Below, piece by piece: positions 54,281 to 63,587 of a DNA stretch of 64,000 nucleotides. The stretch covers positions 1-64,000 of the IMG/VR virus record IMGVR_UViG_3300033066_002242. One strand, 5' to 3'. Each line of letters begins with the position of its first letter. Position 1 is the stretch's first letter. The position numbers and the translations under genes are program-made. Source of the DNA: a virus. Lineage: Duplodnaviria; Caudoviricetes. The notes under the pieces were generated by a model. The model searched no databases. It saw only the letters and a list, made by a program, of their open reading frames with translations, and was not told the origin of the DNA.

Positions 54281-54829
54281 TCAGCGCAGGAAGCCGCGGG
54301 AGAAGATGCCCTTGGCGCTTCCCAGGAAGTCACGGCCGCTCTGGGCGGTCTCCTGGAGGACCTGTTTCAGTCCTTCCGCGGTCTGGATGTGAGCGTGCAA
54401 CGGGTCGGCCGGGTTGCTGCGAATCTGGTTCAGACGGTTGATCAAGGCATACTCGTGCTTGGGTGTCAGGCGCAGCGCTTTGGATGCTGCAACCGGATCG
54501 CCGTGAACCAAGTGGTGCAGTGCGCCGCCCACATCGGCACGGCTGTAGCCACCGTAGAACATACCCGCCGTGTCGAGGGCGTTCTCCACGCTCTTCATGG
54601 CGCCCAGACCCTTGTTGGCCACGTCGGATACCGCGGTGTGGGCGCTTTGCAAGCCAGCCAAGGTTTTTTCAGCCAAGGTAGGGGCAGGGATGGCAGACAG
54701 CTTGTACTTGTCCAGCGCACCGGCAGCCAGCATGCCGCCTCCTACGGCTCCCGTGGCTCCTATGGCTACGTTCCGGGCAGTGTTGTCGGCTGCGATCTTG
54801 CGCATACCGCTTTCGTAGATGTTGTCCAT
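54281..54829 (-). CDS. Leader-family virion cargo with N-proximal Gly-zipper
   Basis: MDNIYESGMRKIAA...VAIGATGAVGGGMLAAG. Confidence 0.75.
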   Translation of the reverse strand: MDNIYESGMRKIAADNTARNVAIGATGAVGGGMLAAGALDKYKLSAIPAPTLAEKTLAGLQSAHTAVSDVANKGLGAMKSVENALDTAGMFYGGYSRADVGGALHHLVHGDPVAASKALRLTPKHEYALINRLNQIRSNPADPLHAHIQTAEGLKQVLQETAQSGRDFLGSAKGIFSRGFLR

Positions 54830-54856
54830 CGCTATGCTCTCAAGAGTAGGTGGTAT

Positions 54857-55366
54857 TCAAGGAGTGTACCGCAAACCGTGGCTGGCCAGTACCGGATACG
54901 GGAACTTCCAGAGGTCCGGAGGGGTGACCCGATGCTTATAGTAATCACGGAACAGCTTGGGGCCACCATGCTCCAGGCTCCAGGCGGTGTGCTCACTGCA
55001 CCACCAATCTGAGGTGTCCTGCCAATCCCTGTGCAAGCTGACTCCGAACACTCCCTGCAGGTCATACTTCTTGCCTTCTTGGGATACTGCCGCTTCCTTG
55101 ACAATCTCGGCGCTATACACCGGAAAGGCAACAATGGCCCAAGCGTTGCTGCGGGCCAGCAGCTCTGACAGCGGACTCTTGTGGACACCTTTCATCAAGG
55201 TGGCCTCTATGACCGTGTCCTCATCGAGCATCAGCGCCGTGTGGCTGCACCACCCCCAGGTGGCCGCCTTGATGGCCGTGGAGAAGGGGCCGCGTGTGTC
55301 CGCGAATACTACGTTGACGGTCTCCAGCGGCGGGAGAAGAAGCTTCAAGTCAGATGTGGAAAACAT
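54857..55366 (-). CDS. Permuted papain-like NlpC/P60 amidase (YiiX/YaeF-like)
   Basis: SHTALM...VIEA...GKKYD...WWCSE...VTP.DL. Confidence 0.85.
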   Translation of the reverse strand: MFSTSDLKLLLPPLETVNVVFADTRGPFSTAIKAATWGWCSHTALMLDEDTVIEATLMKGVHKSPLSELLARSNAWAIVAFPVYSAEIVKEAAVSQEGKKYDLQGVFGVSLHRDWQDTSDWWCSEHTAWSLEHGGPKLFRDYYKHRVTPPDLWKFPYPVLASHGLRYTP

Positions 55367-55390
55367 AGGTGTCTCCTACTGCGTAATTGG

Positions 55391-55984
55391 CTACTCTCCG
55401 AAAATAGGAGGCCACCCGGTGGTGAAATCGTAGGCTGCTGGATCATAAGATGCCTCCATCAACACCCGGTGTTCTTCTGCCGTATCAAAGTTGGCCGACC
55501 GGCGGGCCATAGCGGATCCAAAGATCTGCTGAACCAAGGTGGGGGTCAACGTAACCTTGGAGCCGTCCATCAGCTTCCATTTCTTCCCTACAGGTAGTGC
55601 TCCCATCATGGTCGCGGAAGTCAGCCCCAGCTGATCAATCTTGGAAGGGGCATCCGAGTGAAACCAGTAAGGGCCTACCGGGAATCCTCCGTTGTTACGG
55701 ACGTCATCCCGGTAGGCTTTGATCTCAGCCCACTTGGTCGCCCGCAGTTGAGCCAGAAGTTCCTGATTCGGCACCCATCGGCCCTCCACCAAGTGGTACG
55801 TCCAGTGAGGTTGACGGTCAGGCGTATACTGCAGGGTGACGCCGTCCTCCAGCAGTCGGTAGTTATAGGGTTGGAACTTGATATCTTCAAGTTCAGGGTG
55901 GGACGATACGTCCAGCAGACCCTCTGAGGGAAAGGCGTAGACATGGTTTCCCTGCGTCCCCTGAAACCCAAGATAGGCTGACAT
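55391..55984 (-). CDS. DUF4376-like tail fibre-associated protein
   Basis: KWAEIKAYRD...GGF...WFHSD..S...WKLMD...GWP. Confidence 0.75.
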   Translation of the reverse strand: MSAYLGFQGTQGNHVYAFPSEGLLDVSSHPELEDIKFQPYNYRLLEDGVTLQYTPDRQPHWTYHLVEGRWVPNQELLAQLRATKWAEIKAYRDDVRNNGGFPVGPYWFHSDAPSKIDQLGLTSATMMGALPVGKKWKLMDGSKVTLTPTLVQQIFGSAMARRSANFDTAEEHRVLMEASYDPAAYDFTTGWPPIFGE

Positions 55985-55987
55985 GCC

Positions 55988-57409
55988 TTACTCCCAGCTG
56001 GCGTCGACGAAAACTCCGCCCCGAATGGTGGGGTAGGTAGCGGCTGCGCCAGCTGGAATACGTAGGATAATGTGGAAGTATTCCATCGGATGCACGGGCA
56101 GGGGCTGATCAAAGGTCTGGGAAATCCTACGAAGTTCCGCACCGACTACTGCCGTTGTTGGTACTGATTGAATACCGAGAAAACCACGGCGGGCTACCTT
56201 ACCCGTCCCTGCCTCGATTGTAGCCAGAGATACTGCAGTACACCCCACTGCAAATCCCCAGTGCAAAACGGTGGCTACCGTGGGGATCCCTGCAGCTACT
56301 GAGACAAACGCATCAATCGATATCCCCCGAACAATAAGCGTCCGGCCCATGTTAGTCAGGGAGGGAGTGGGTACTTGATATGCGAAGAGTGCGTAGTCTG
56401 TTTCCGCTGCTGCCAAGCCCACAAACAGGAAATTACCGCCCAGAGTAGTATACCCCGCCGCAGTATTGCTGAGGGACGCTGTAGCTGGGACTGCACTGTT
56501 TGCCCAGTTAGCTGTCATGCCCCCGGACCCGACACCTATGACATGTTGAATCCCGACATCCCCCTGCAGGGCTGCGATATGCCGGACGTCTGAGTTGCGG
56601 TGGGCGCCCATCGTGGCCGATGTATACTTGGCTACGTACACCTTCTGTGCAGTACTCAGCAGTGCGGTATTGTAAATGCGGAAAGCTATGGGAAAACTTT
56701 CCGAGGCGGCGGGACCGCTGGCATCGACAGGTGTAGCCAGTGAGGCAACAGGAATCTCGTCAATGAAGAAGGTAATAGCGCCTCTCCCGACCACGATGAC
56801 GTAGTCATGGAAGTCCTGAGGCGTACTCATGGGGATTACTGAAGTGACATTTTCAGCACCACCTTGGCTAATACTTACTCCACGCAGGGCACCGTCCGTA
56901 CCGTACCGGAAGAACACACCCATGGTCGGTGCTGCTACAGCAGCTGATAGGAAAGCCCCTAGCTCCACCACGTTGTTAGTAATAGGAGCCTGATCCAGCT
57001 TGGCCCGAATGCCAAATATACGGTCGCACCCCTTCTCGACCTTAAAGTACCGGCTTGTACGGCACACAAGGTACGAACCGGAAGTCGTGTTACCCGCCCC
57101 ATTCATAACCATGATATTAGCTGCTACGGTTTGGGCTGCCATGCCAGATGACATGTATCCCAAGTCGGAGGAACATGTCGAAGACGCCGCAAAGTTCTTG
57201 TCGAAGTCAATTACGACATTAGCCATACCCAGCAACCCTTGGCTGGAACCTGTAATACTCCCAGTATTAGATGGGCTGCTGAGATCCGACTTTCCCACCA
57301 GGAACATGGCGCCGGCGTTGGTGCCGTCTGTGGGCGGCTGGACCTTCAACCGACCATTGGCATCGACATCTGCAATATGCGTTCCACCAGCATCCGTAAG
57401 AAGAGCCAT
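55988..57409 (-). CDS. Virion appendage protein with lectin-like beta-sandwich
   Basis: Beta-rich; FHDYVI...ITFFIDE pattern. Confidence 0.5.
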   Translation of the reverse strand: MALLTDAGGTHIADVDANGRLKVQPPTDGTNAGAMFLVGKSDLSSPSNTGSITGSSQGLLGMANVVIDFDKNFAASSTCSSDLGYMSSGMAAQTVAANIMVMNGAGNTTSGSYLVCRTSRYFKVEKGCDRIFGIRAKLDQAPITNNVVELGAFLSAAVAAPTMGVFFRYGTDGALRGVSISQGGAENVTSVIPMSTPQDFHDYVIVVGRGAITFFIDEIPVASLATPVDASGPAASESFPIAFRIYNTALLSTAQKVYVAKYTSATMGAHRNSDVRHIAALQGDVGIQHVIGVGSGGMTANWANSAVPATASLSNTAAGYTTLGGNFLFVGLAAAETDYALFAYQVPTPSLTNMGRTLIVRGISIDAFVSVAAGIPTVATVLHWGFAVGCTAVSLATIEAGTGKVARRGFLGIQSVPTTAVVGAELRRISQTFDQPLPVHPMEYFHIILRIPAGAAATYPTIRGGVFVDASWE

Positions 57410-57412
57410 GAT

Positions 57413-57742
57413 TTACCCCAGGGTGTAAGCGACCCGGAACTTACCGGATACAAAGTTAGGAAAAGCTGTAACGTAGAGGGTGAACTCCCCCGAACCAGGA
57501 GCAGCGCGGCATAGGAGAGTGTCCATTTCATTCTCATCCTGAGCACGACCCGTAGCTGCCTTTGCACTGTGCCCTACCAGGATGATAGAGGCGCCAGTAA
57601 CGTCGACGTCTGTGATCGTGAAGGTCTTCTGCCGGGTTGCAGAGGCTCCAAAGTCAATCTCGACTTCTTTTACAGAGCCTCCTCCGACTTCAACCTCGAC
57701 CAAAGACCCTGATACGGGATTCCGGCTAATGGCCTTGGTCAC
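57413..57742 (-). CDS. Small beta-rich structural protein
   Basis: GGAG RBS; context. Confidence 0.6.
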   Translation of the reverse strand: MTKAISRNPVSGSLVEVEVGGGSVKEVEIDFGASATRQKTFTITDVDVTGASIILVGHSAKAATGRAQDENEMDTLLCRAAPGSGEFTLYVTAFPNFVSGKFRVAYTLG

Positions 57743-57754
57743 TGGGTCTCTCCG

Positions 57755-58264
57755 TTACGCCAGCAGAATGCTGTCATCCGCTTCAAAGGACAGGGATGTA
57801 GCAGTGATAGCGCGGCCAATGAACTGGTGACGCTTGCCCGTACCGGTGACAGGAGTGGCCGTGATACCGCCAGGGGCGCTGGCAGACAGGAAGTACCTGG
57901 AATCCGGGGTCAAACCTGCCAAAGCTGTGCAGCGACCTTCGAAGTACACCAGCGCAGGCTGCCCTGACGACACGCTGTCCTGCACGAAGCCCACGGCGTC
58001 GTGGCCGGCAGCAGCAGCACTGGCCTTGGATACTTCCCCGGTAGCTCCGATATACACCATGTCTCCGGCAGTCAGTGCTTCCGAAGCGTTGCCGGTGTAG
58101 GTATCGGGGCCAACACCAGTAGGCATGACCGTCAGGTTCAGCTTGCCGTCCGTGTCCAGGGCAACGATTTTACCGGCATCACCGGCGCCTGCGCTGGATA
58201 CTTGTCCAACGACTTCTTTAACGACGCCCGTGGCAGAGTCACGAGCAATATACTTGTCAACCAT
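57755..58264 (-). CDS. DUF2190/cement-like fibre protein
   Basis: ASEALTAGDMVYI...AVGFV...YFEG. Confidence 0.6.
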   Translation of the reverse strand: MVDKYIARDSATGVVKEVVGQVSSAGAGDAGKIVALDTDGKLNLTVMPTGVGPDTYTGNASEALTAGDMVYIGATGEVSKASAAAAGHDAVGFVQDSVSSGQPALVYFEGRCTALAGLTPDSRYFLSASAPGGITATPVTGTGKRHQFIGRAITATSLSFEADDSILLA

Positions 58265-58273
58265 GATGATTCC

Positions 58274-58891
58274 TCACGCGAGATATATGGGCAGGGAGAT
58301 GTCTACGTGGATTTTAGCCGAAAGAGACACCTTACCCAGAGTTTGTTGAAACACGGCAGGCACAGGCGATGCTTCCACCTGGCCTGCCCCTAAAAACAAC
58401 GTAGTACCGATAGGCAGTACGATGCCCGGCAGGTATGCCATGCCGGACGTGACCACCTTGATGTTCTCCCCGATCAGCGCCGAAGTCACTGCCAGCCCCA
58501 CGGCTTCCCGCCCCGCCGCACTGCTATCCGCCAGGATAAAGGCCCCCAGAACGTTGCGGGCCACTGGCTGACCAGCGGTTATGTTCTGCGCCGCCGGACC
58601 CTCCGTCGTGATGTTGTCCCGGTTCTCGACGACGGTGCGGATGCCGATGTCCAAAGGGGCCGGCGTCGTCCACCCAAAACCGTGTTTTACCGAGTAAAAC
58701 AGGGGGGAGACGACATTCACCCAGTACTCTAATACGCCTTCATCATCCGTGGCGGTCGGCGAAGGCAGAGGGTCGCCGTGCTCGTCGAAGACCAGGCCAG
58801 GAGTCGTACCGTCGGGAAGCAGAATGACCACGTCGCTGTTACGTGCCAACCAGCCGTTGGCGTGGCGCAGCTGCTGACTGAATCGGTACAT
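58274..58891 (-). CDS. DUF2190/cement-like fibre protein
   Basis: AAQNITAGQPV...AVGLA...VVTSG. Confidence 0.55.
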   Translation of the reverse strand: MYRFSQQLRHANGWLARNSDVVILLPDGTTPGLVFDEHGDPLPSPTATDDEGVLEYWVNVVSPLFYSVKHGFGWTTPAPLDIGIRTVVENRDNITTEGPAAQNITAGQPVARNVLGAFILADSSAAGREAVGLAVTSALIGENIKVVTSGMAYLPGIVLPIGTTLFLGAGQVEASPVPAVFQQTLGKVSLSAKIHVDISLPIYLA

Positions 58892-59027
58892 GGCCTACCT
58901 CGGGAATACTTGCCCTATAACAGGCCAGTTTACATTCAAACTGAGGGTAGTGATATCCACCCAGTTCATTCTATAGCTGAGGGGCGCAATAGGCCCTGTG
59001 TCGTACTGTACCCACACCATACTCACC

Positions 59028-59906
59028 TCACATCCAGATCATAGCCATTGACGAATAAGTCTGGGCTGCGGAGTCGCATCGCGTCACGCCGATGCCCAGG
59101 CCGAGGTAGTCATTTCCGGAAAACATAGCAGTGACAACCTGGCCAACCCCAAGATTTGCCTGCGCAACGCCAACCGCGCATTTTGGAATCCACGAAACTC
59201 CGTCCGGGTTTATGACTGTCCCTGTGAAAAAAGGGCTGTTTGTCCCGAACGCAACTGAGACGTTTGATGACAAGTTAAATGGAATAAAAAACATTCCGTT
59301 TGGCAGCGTTGTCAGTGTCGCATTCGTGTAGCTAGCAACTTTGCAGACAGACGGGTTTGCGGCAATTGGGTTGTACTGCACTACAAAACCAGCGCCTGTT
59401 GCATTCCCCGCACCATCTCGTGATCGCTCAACAACCAGTACAGACGCCTTGCTGTATGAGTCCGCCGAGGCAGGTGCAAGAGCTAAGCATATCGCAGAGT
59501 TATCCGGACCAGAGGACGCATAGCTTGTTGTAGTTGTGGCTATCGTATTGCTCCACGCGACGATAGCCGTTCGTGGAAATATTACTCCACCTACGTTGCC
59601 GCTGCCGTCTACGGTTTTACCTACCGTCAGGTACATCCCCGGATAAGATGCTGAACCACTCGCGCCGTATTCAAATTTAAGGAACAGTGGATACGTTGCG
59701 TGCAGAGCGTCAGTAAATCGGTAGACCTCAAACCCCATTGCCACTGATGCTCCAATCGGTCTTAGTACTGTTGACCAGTTAATCTCACCGGACTGGGTAA
59801 CTTTTGTCATCAGGGCGGAAAACACCCCAGAAATCGTGCTGCCCCACGCACGAAACTCGGCATCAGTTGTCGATGACAGGACTGCCGAAAAAGTTTGCTT
59901 GGCCAT
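59028..59906 (-). CDS. Putative virion structural protein
   Basis: S/T/G/A-rich; follows the fibre gene; visibly more AT-rich. Confidence 0.65.
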   Translation of the reverse strand: MAKQTFSAVLSSTTDAEFRAWGSTISGVFSALMTKVTQSGEINWSTVLRPIGASVAMGFEVYRFTDALHATYPLFLKFEYGASGSASYPGMYLTVGKTVDGSGNVGGVIFPRTAIVAWSNTIATTTTSYASSGPDNSAICLALAPASADSYSKASVLVVERSRDGAGNATGAGFVVQYNPIAANPSVCKVASYTNATLTTLPNGMFFIPFNLSSNVSVAFGTNSPFFTGTVINPDGVSWIPKCAVGVAQANLGVGQVVTAMFSGNDYLGLGIGVTRCDSAAQTYSSMAMIWM

Positions 59907-59912
59907 GGAAGG

Positions 59913-62900
59913 TTACTCCGTTGTGAACTCCGTTGCGAGATAGTTCAGGGTGACAGTGATGGCAGCAGTGGCAACGCCAAGGTTGGTGACGCTGCAAGGA
60001 ATAGCGGAAGTCGGCACCGTCTCAAAGTTGGTGCCGTCAACTTGCGGAGTCAAGAACAAGCTGAGGGACCCTGCCCCAAGGATGGCCTCTAAGTACATCC
60101 CGTGGTCCCCCGTAGCCGCCACTCCGATAGGACGTGCTGCATCTGATGCTTGATGAGCCGCGGTTGCGTAGAGACGTACGCGGGCGGCGCCATCTGCCTC
60201 TACTTTCAACACACGGTAGGACTTGGCCAGGGTTACGGTGACTTGTTCCGTCGTGCCTACCGCAATGCTGGAAGTCGTCACAGAAGCTGTCGCCCTCCCT
60301 GCAAGAGCGCCGACAGAGGCTGAATGAGGCTTTAGCCATGCCCAAACCAGATCATTGGTAAAAGTGATGTGGGGATCCGAAACGGCGTTCACCTCACGCA
60401 CTGCCAGAAACTCAAAGGTATCTGTTTCAGCGTACGCAACATCCACGGGCAGGGCGCTGAGCGTACTTGCTTCCAGGCCCTGCACCGCTGCGCCGCCCAT
60501 GGTAGTAGCCGTCGACCACACCTTGGCATCCGCATTGAGCGGGGCGGCAAAACGCACCACCAAGCGCTGCCCCTGGCGCACCGGTTTGGGCAGTATGATC
60601 TGGTACTCATCCCTCAAGCTGTGAGAGTTGTAGCCGTGGTATGGCGCAATAACGTAGTTCAGCGCCTCCATGTGAGGCTTATCTGCGTGCACCGCTGACG
60701 GGGCTACCTGTCCATCCGGAGCCCCTGTTTGGTAGGAATACGATACGGAGTCATTGCCATCGCGGCGGGTGATCAGGTGCCCGAGTTCTCCGTTGACAGC
60801 CGAAACATCCGACTCTGCCAGCGGAAAGAACTCATAGTCAAAAATCATCGCTTTCTGGTCACGGGAGTACTCATAGTCCGCGTAAAGACAGGTGACATCC
60901 GACACTGGAGATGGCCTGGAAATATCCGCTGCACGGTATACGTACTCCGCGATAGGAGTAGAAGTTCCAGCATCTGTTCCGCGCACTCTCGATACGTGAA
61001 TGGGGCAGTCGGTGGCCATCAGGCTTGACGCCTTGGGGAATATGACCACCCTCCCTCTGCGAGTAGCTGCAAAAGGAGGGGTAGTGCGAGTGGCCCCTAC
61101 CAGTGATACGGGAATCTCGTTGGGAGTCCGGAGGCGCACATTGACCCCGGACACGTAGCTCACCGTGGTGAAGTCCACGACGGCTACTACCGTCTCATCC
61201 TCCCCAACTGCGATATCCAGCGGGTCGGTACCTGTCACCAGGTACCACACTACCCGCTCAGCCATCCTGGCGTTAGGCAGCTCCAGAACTGACCACCCAT
61301 GCAGCCTATACATGTCTCCTTTAAGGGGAAGGTTGGAGAACACGACGTCATTGAACCCTGTAGCGCTGTTGCCGGCTTCACGCTCTACGGCTCCTGCCCA
61401 AGCTCCCGCGTTGGCCGCTCCTGCAATCATGGGGTTGGACAGAGCTCCTGCGTAATGCCTCCAGGACTCCGTACCGGATGCCGACAGGGTGTACTCACAC
61501 CGAATCTTGCCTACCATCTTTATAGGCAACGCTGCGACATCCGACACCCAACTGCCATACTTGTACTCATCCCCGTGTACAGGGGTGAAGAAGTTCCAAC
61601 CCACCTCCTTCCTTACGGCCACCTGGCCCGGTAATGCCCCTTGAGAAAGGAAGTACCCGGCAACCTCTAGCAAAGATCCTACCTCGTTGTAGGGCGTGAC
61701 GATGACCGCCTCACCCACATTGGCCCGCGTCCCGTCCCAGTCTGCCCCGGAGCGGCTGAAACCTACCACCATCTCTCCGCTGTCCAGGAATCTCTCTCGG
61801 ACAGTGCGTTGCCCTGACTGCAGGGATATGATGTCAGACTGCGCGGTACCCATGTCAGTCTGGAGAGTGCCCACATCCGTCTGCAGAGTGGCCACTGAGG
61901 ACTGCAAAGTACCTACGTCGGATACAACTGCCGCCAAGGCATCTGCGCGTACTACGGTACTCGCCAGCGGGTATGTAAATATGCTGGTAGGCGACAGGAA
62001 CTCTACAATGTCTCCGGTCTCAGCAGCCGTGCCGTGAAAGACACCGCCGTACTGAACGAGGAACCTGTTGCTGATCTCCGTACCTGACGGTGCGACGGGT
62101 GGCGTCACTACTTCCTGATAGGTACCCCACGCTGAGAACGCCGCCAATGGGCTGGTTTCAGAGATGTCGGCCAGGGTGATGCTGTGGCGTACGCTGGAGG
62201 TCTTCCCGATGATGGGGTCTCCCGCCTCAATGTCGCTGTATGAGCACTGCTTAAAAATGCCTACGTGGGAAACAGTTGCCGGCACGACCATAGGGTTGCC
62301 GGCGTGTAGGTACCAGCCCAAGTCCACGTCGTTAACGATCAGGCCAACTTGACGGGTATCAGCGTCAAAGTACAGCACCGCCCTGGTAGGGCCGGTCAAC
62401 GGAAACGTCAGGTCATCCGTCTTCATCACGCTGTTGTACGGCGTACCAGAGAGCGTGGTGGTCAAGATTGAGTACAGGGACGCCCCTGTAGGCAGCGCTC
62501 CGCTGACTTGCTGGTAGACAACCTGCACCATGATATCCATGTGGTCCAGGCCGCCAAGACTGTTGCCTTTGACATACACCGTGTCTATCACCGCAGGGAT
62601 GACAGGGTTCGGGACGGTACGCTGCGGCAACGTGACAGCAGTAGTGTCAAACTCCAGCAGCAAAGGCTTCACGGTAGATGGCTCTGTGGGGATCGGCAAG
62701 TCCCCGTCAGGGTTGCCAAAGAACAGCCCCTGCAGCGTCTTGTTGCTTAGCGCTGCGTACCCCTGCACCGCCGCCGTACTTCCCTCCGCGATGTCGTACC
62801 CATGGATGCTTCCAGCCCCGCTGATATGTGGAAAGGTGAGCGCACCTGCCCCTGATACGTCAACGTCCAGATCCGGGTAGACCACGACATCGGTGTGATC

Positions 62901-63587
62901 TACGGTGGTGACATCCCGCATGTCCCATGTGCCTTTAACGGGGATATCCAGGTTGGAACGCGCAGCCGCTGGCGCAACGGACACCCACGCCCCAGCCGTG
63001 TATACCCATGTGTGCTTTTCCAGGGGTGTCGCTGACGCCATGTCCGAGATGTTGGACGGCATGCCCAGAATACCTGACCAATTTACCGCTGCCGCGATGC
63101 CTGCCGTGAACTGGTTGTAGCCGGCTGCGTTGCCCAGCTGGGCGTCGTCCACGACCTTGTACATGATCTCTGTGTCGTCTTGCTGGACGATGTCTCCGTT
63201 CTGAACGCTAGCGGTAGTCAGCAGGAAACGGGCAGCTTCATCCGCTACGTGCACTAGCCGCTCCAGAGCCGCAGCCGGAATGACTGTCAAAGGAAGAGTG
63301 CCGGTCGTGATATTGGAGGCATTGGTACAGTCCACATCCGGGACGCTGGATAGCCCAATATGCGTCTTGTCCAGGACCACATCTCCTACCAGCCCGTTTA
63401 CGGACGTCACTTCCGGCGCCGGGAACGACCCCAGAGCCACTCCGTACCCCTCGCCTGTGGTCACCAAGGGGCTGCCAGGAGAAACAGACCACGCCGAAGG
63501 AGCCAGGGACGTGTACACCTTGGTGCCCAGGTTGGCGTTGACGAAGTTTATAAACGGCTGGATGTCTTCAAGCGCCAAAGTCGTCAT
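59913..63587 (-). CDS. Long tail fibre/appendage protein
   Basis: VTSVNG..GDVVL, VADEAARF.L...GD.V.Q.D, heptad LQTDVGT coiled coil, mosaic domains. Confidence 0.75.
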   Translation of the reverse strand: MTTLALEDIQPFINFVNANLGTKVYTSLAPSAWSVSPGSPLVTTGEGYGVALGSFPAPEVTSVNGLVGDVVLDKTHIGLSSVPDVDCTNASNITTGTLPLTVIPAAALERLVHVADEAARFLLTTASVQNGDIVQQDDTEIMYKVVDDAQLGNAAGYNQFTAGIAAAVNWSGILGMPSNISDMASATPLEKHTWVYTAGAWVSVAPAAARSNLDIPVKGTWDMRDVTTVDHTDVVVYPDLDVDVSGAGALTFPHISGAGSIHGYDIAEGSTAAVQGYAALSNKTLQGLFFGNPDGDLPIPTEPSTVKPLLLEFDTTAVTLPQRTVPNPVIPAVIDTVYVKGNSLGGLDHMDIMVQVVYQQVSGALPTGASLYSILTTTLSGTPYNSVMKTDDLTFPLTGPTRAVLYFDADTRQVGLIVNDVDLGWYLHAGNPMVVPATVSHVGIFKQCSYSDIEAGDPIIGKTSSVRHSITLADISETSPLAAFSAWGTYQEVVTPPVAPSGTEISNRFLVQYGGVFHGTAAETGDIVEFLSPTSIFTYPLASTVVRADALAAVVSDVGTLQSSVATLQTDVGTLQTDMGTAQSDIISLQSGQRTVRERFLDSGEMVVGFSRSGADWDGTRANVGEAVIVTPYNEVGSLLEVAGYFLSQGALPGQVAVRKEVGWNFFTPVHGDEYKYGSWVSDVAALPIKMVGKIRCEYTLSASGTESWRHYAGALSNPMIAGAANAGAWAGAVEREAGNSATGFNDVVFSNLPLKGDMYRLHGWSVLELPNARMAERVVWYLVTGTDPLDIAVGEDETVVAVVDFTTVSYVSGVNVRLRTPNEIPVSLVGATRTTPPFAATRRGRVVIFPKASSLMATDCPIHVSRVRGTDAGTSTPIAEYVYRAADISRPSPVSDVTCLYADYEYSRDQKAMIFDYEFFPLAESDVSAVNGELGHLITRRDGNDSVSYSYQTGAPDGQVAPSAVHADKPHMEALNYVIAPYHGYNSHSLRDEYQIILPKPVRQGQRLVVRFAAPLNADAKVWSTATTMGGAAVQGLEASTLSALPVDVAYAETDTFEFLAVREVNAVSDPHITFTNDLVWAWLKPHSASVGALAGRATASVTTSSIAVGTTEQVTVTLAKSYRVLKVEADGAARVRLYATAAHQASDAARPIGVAATGDHGMYLEAILGAGSLSLFLTPQVDGTNFETVPTSAIPCSVTNLGVATAAITVTLNYLATEFTTE

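Noticed and set aside
59913-63587. Diversity-generating retroelement or invertible fibre cassette
   Set aside because: No reverse transcriptase, invertase or TR/VR pair seen in the window.
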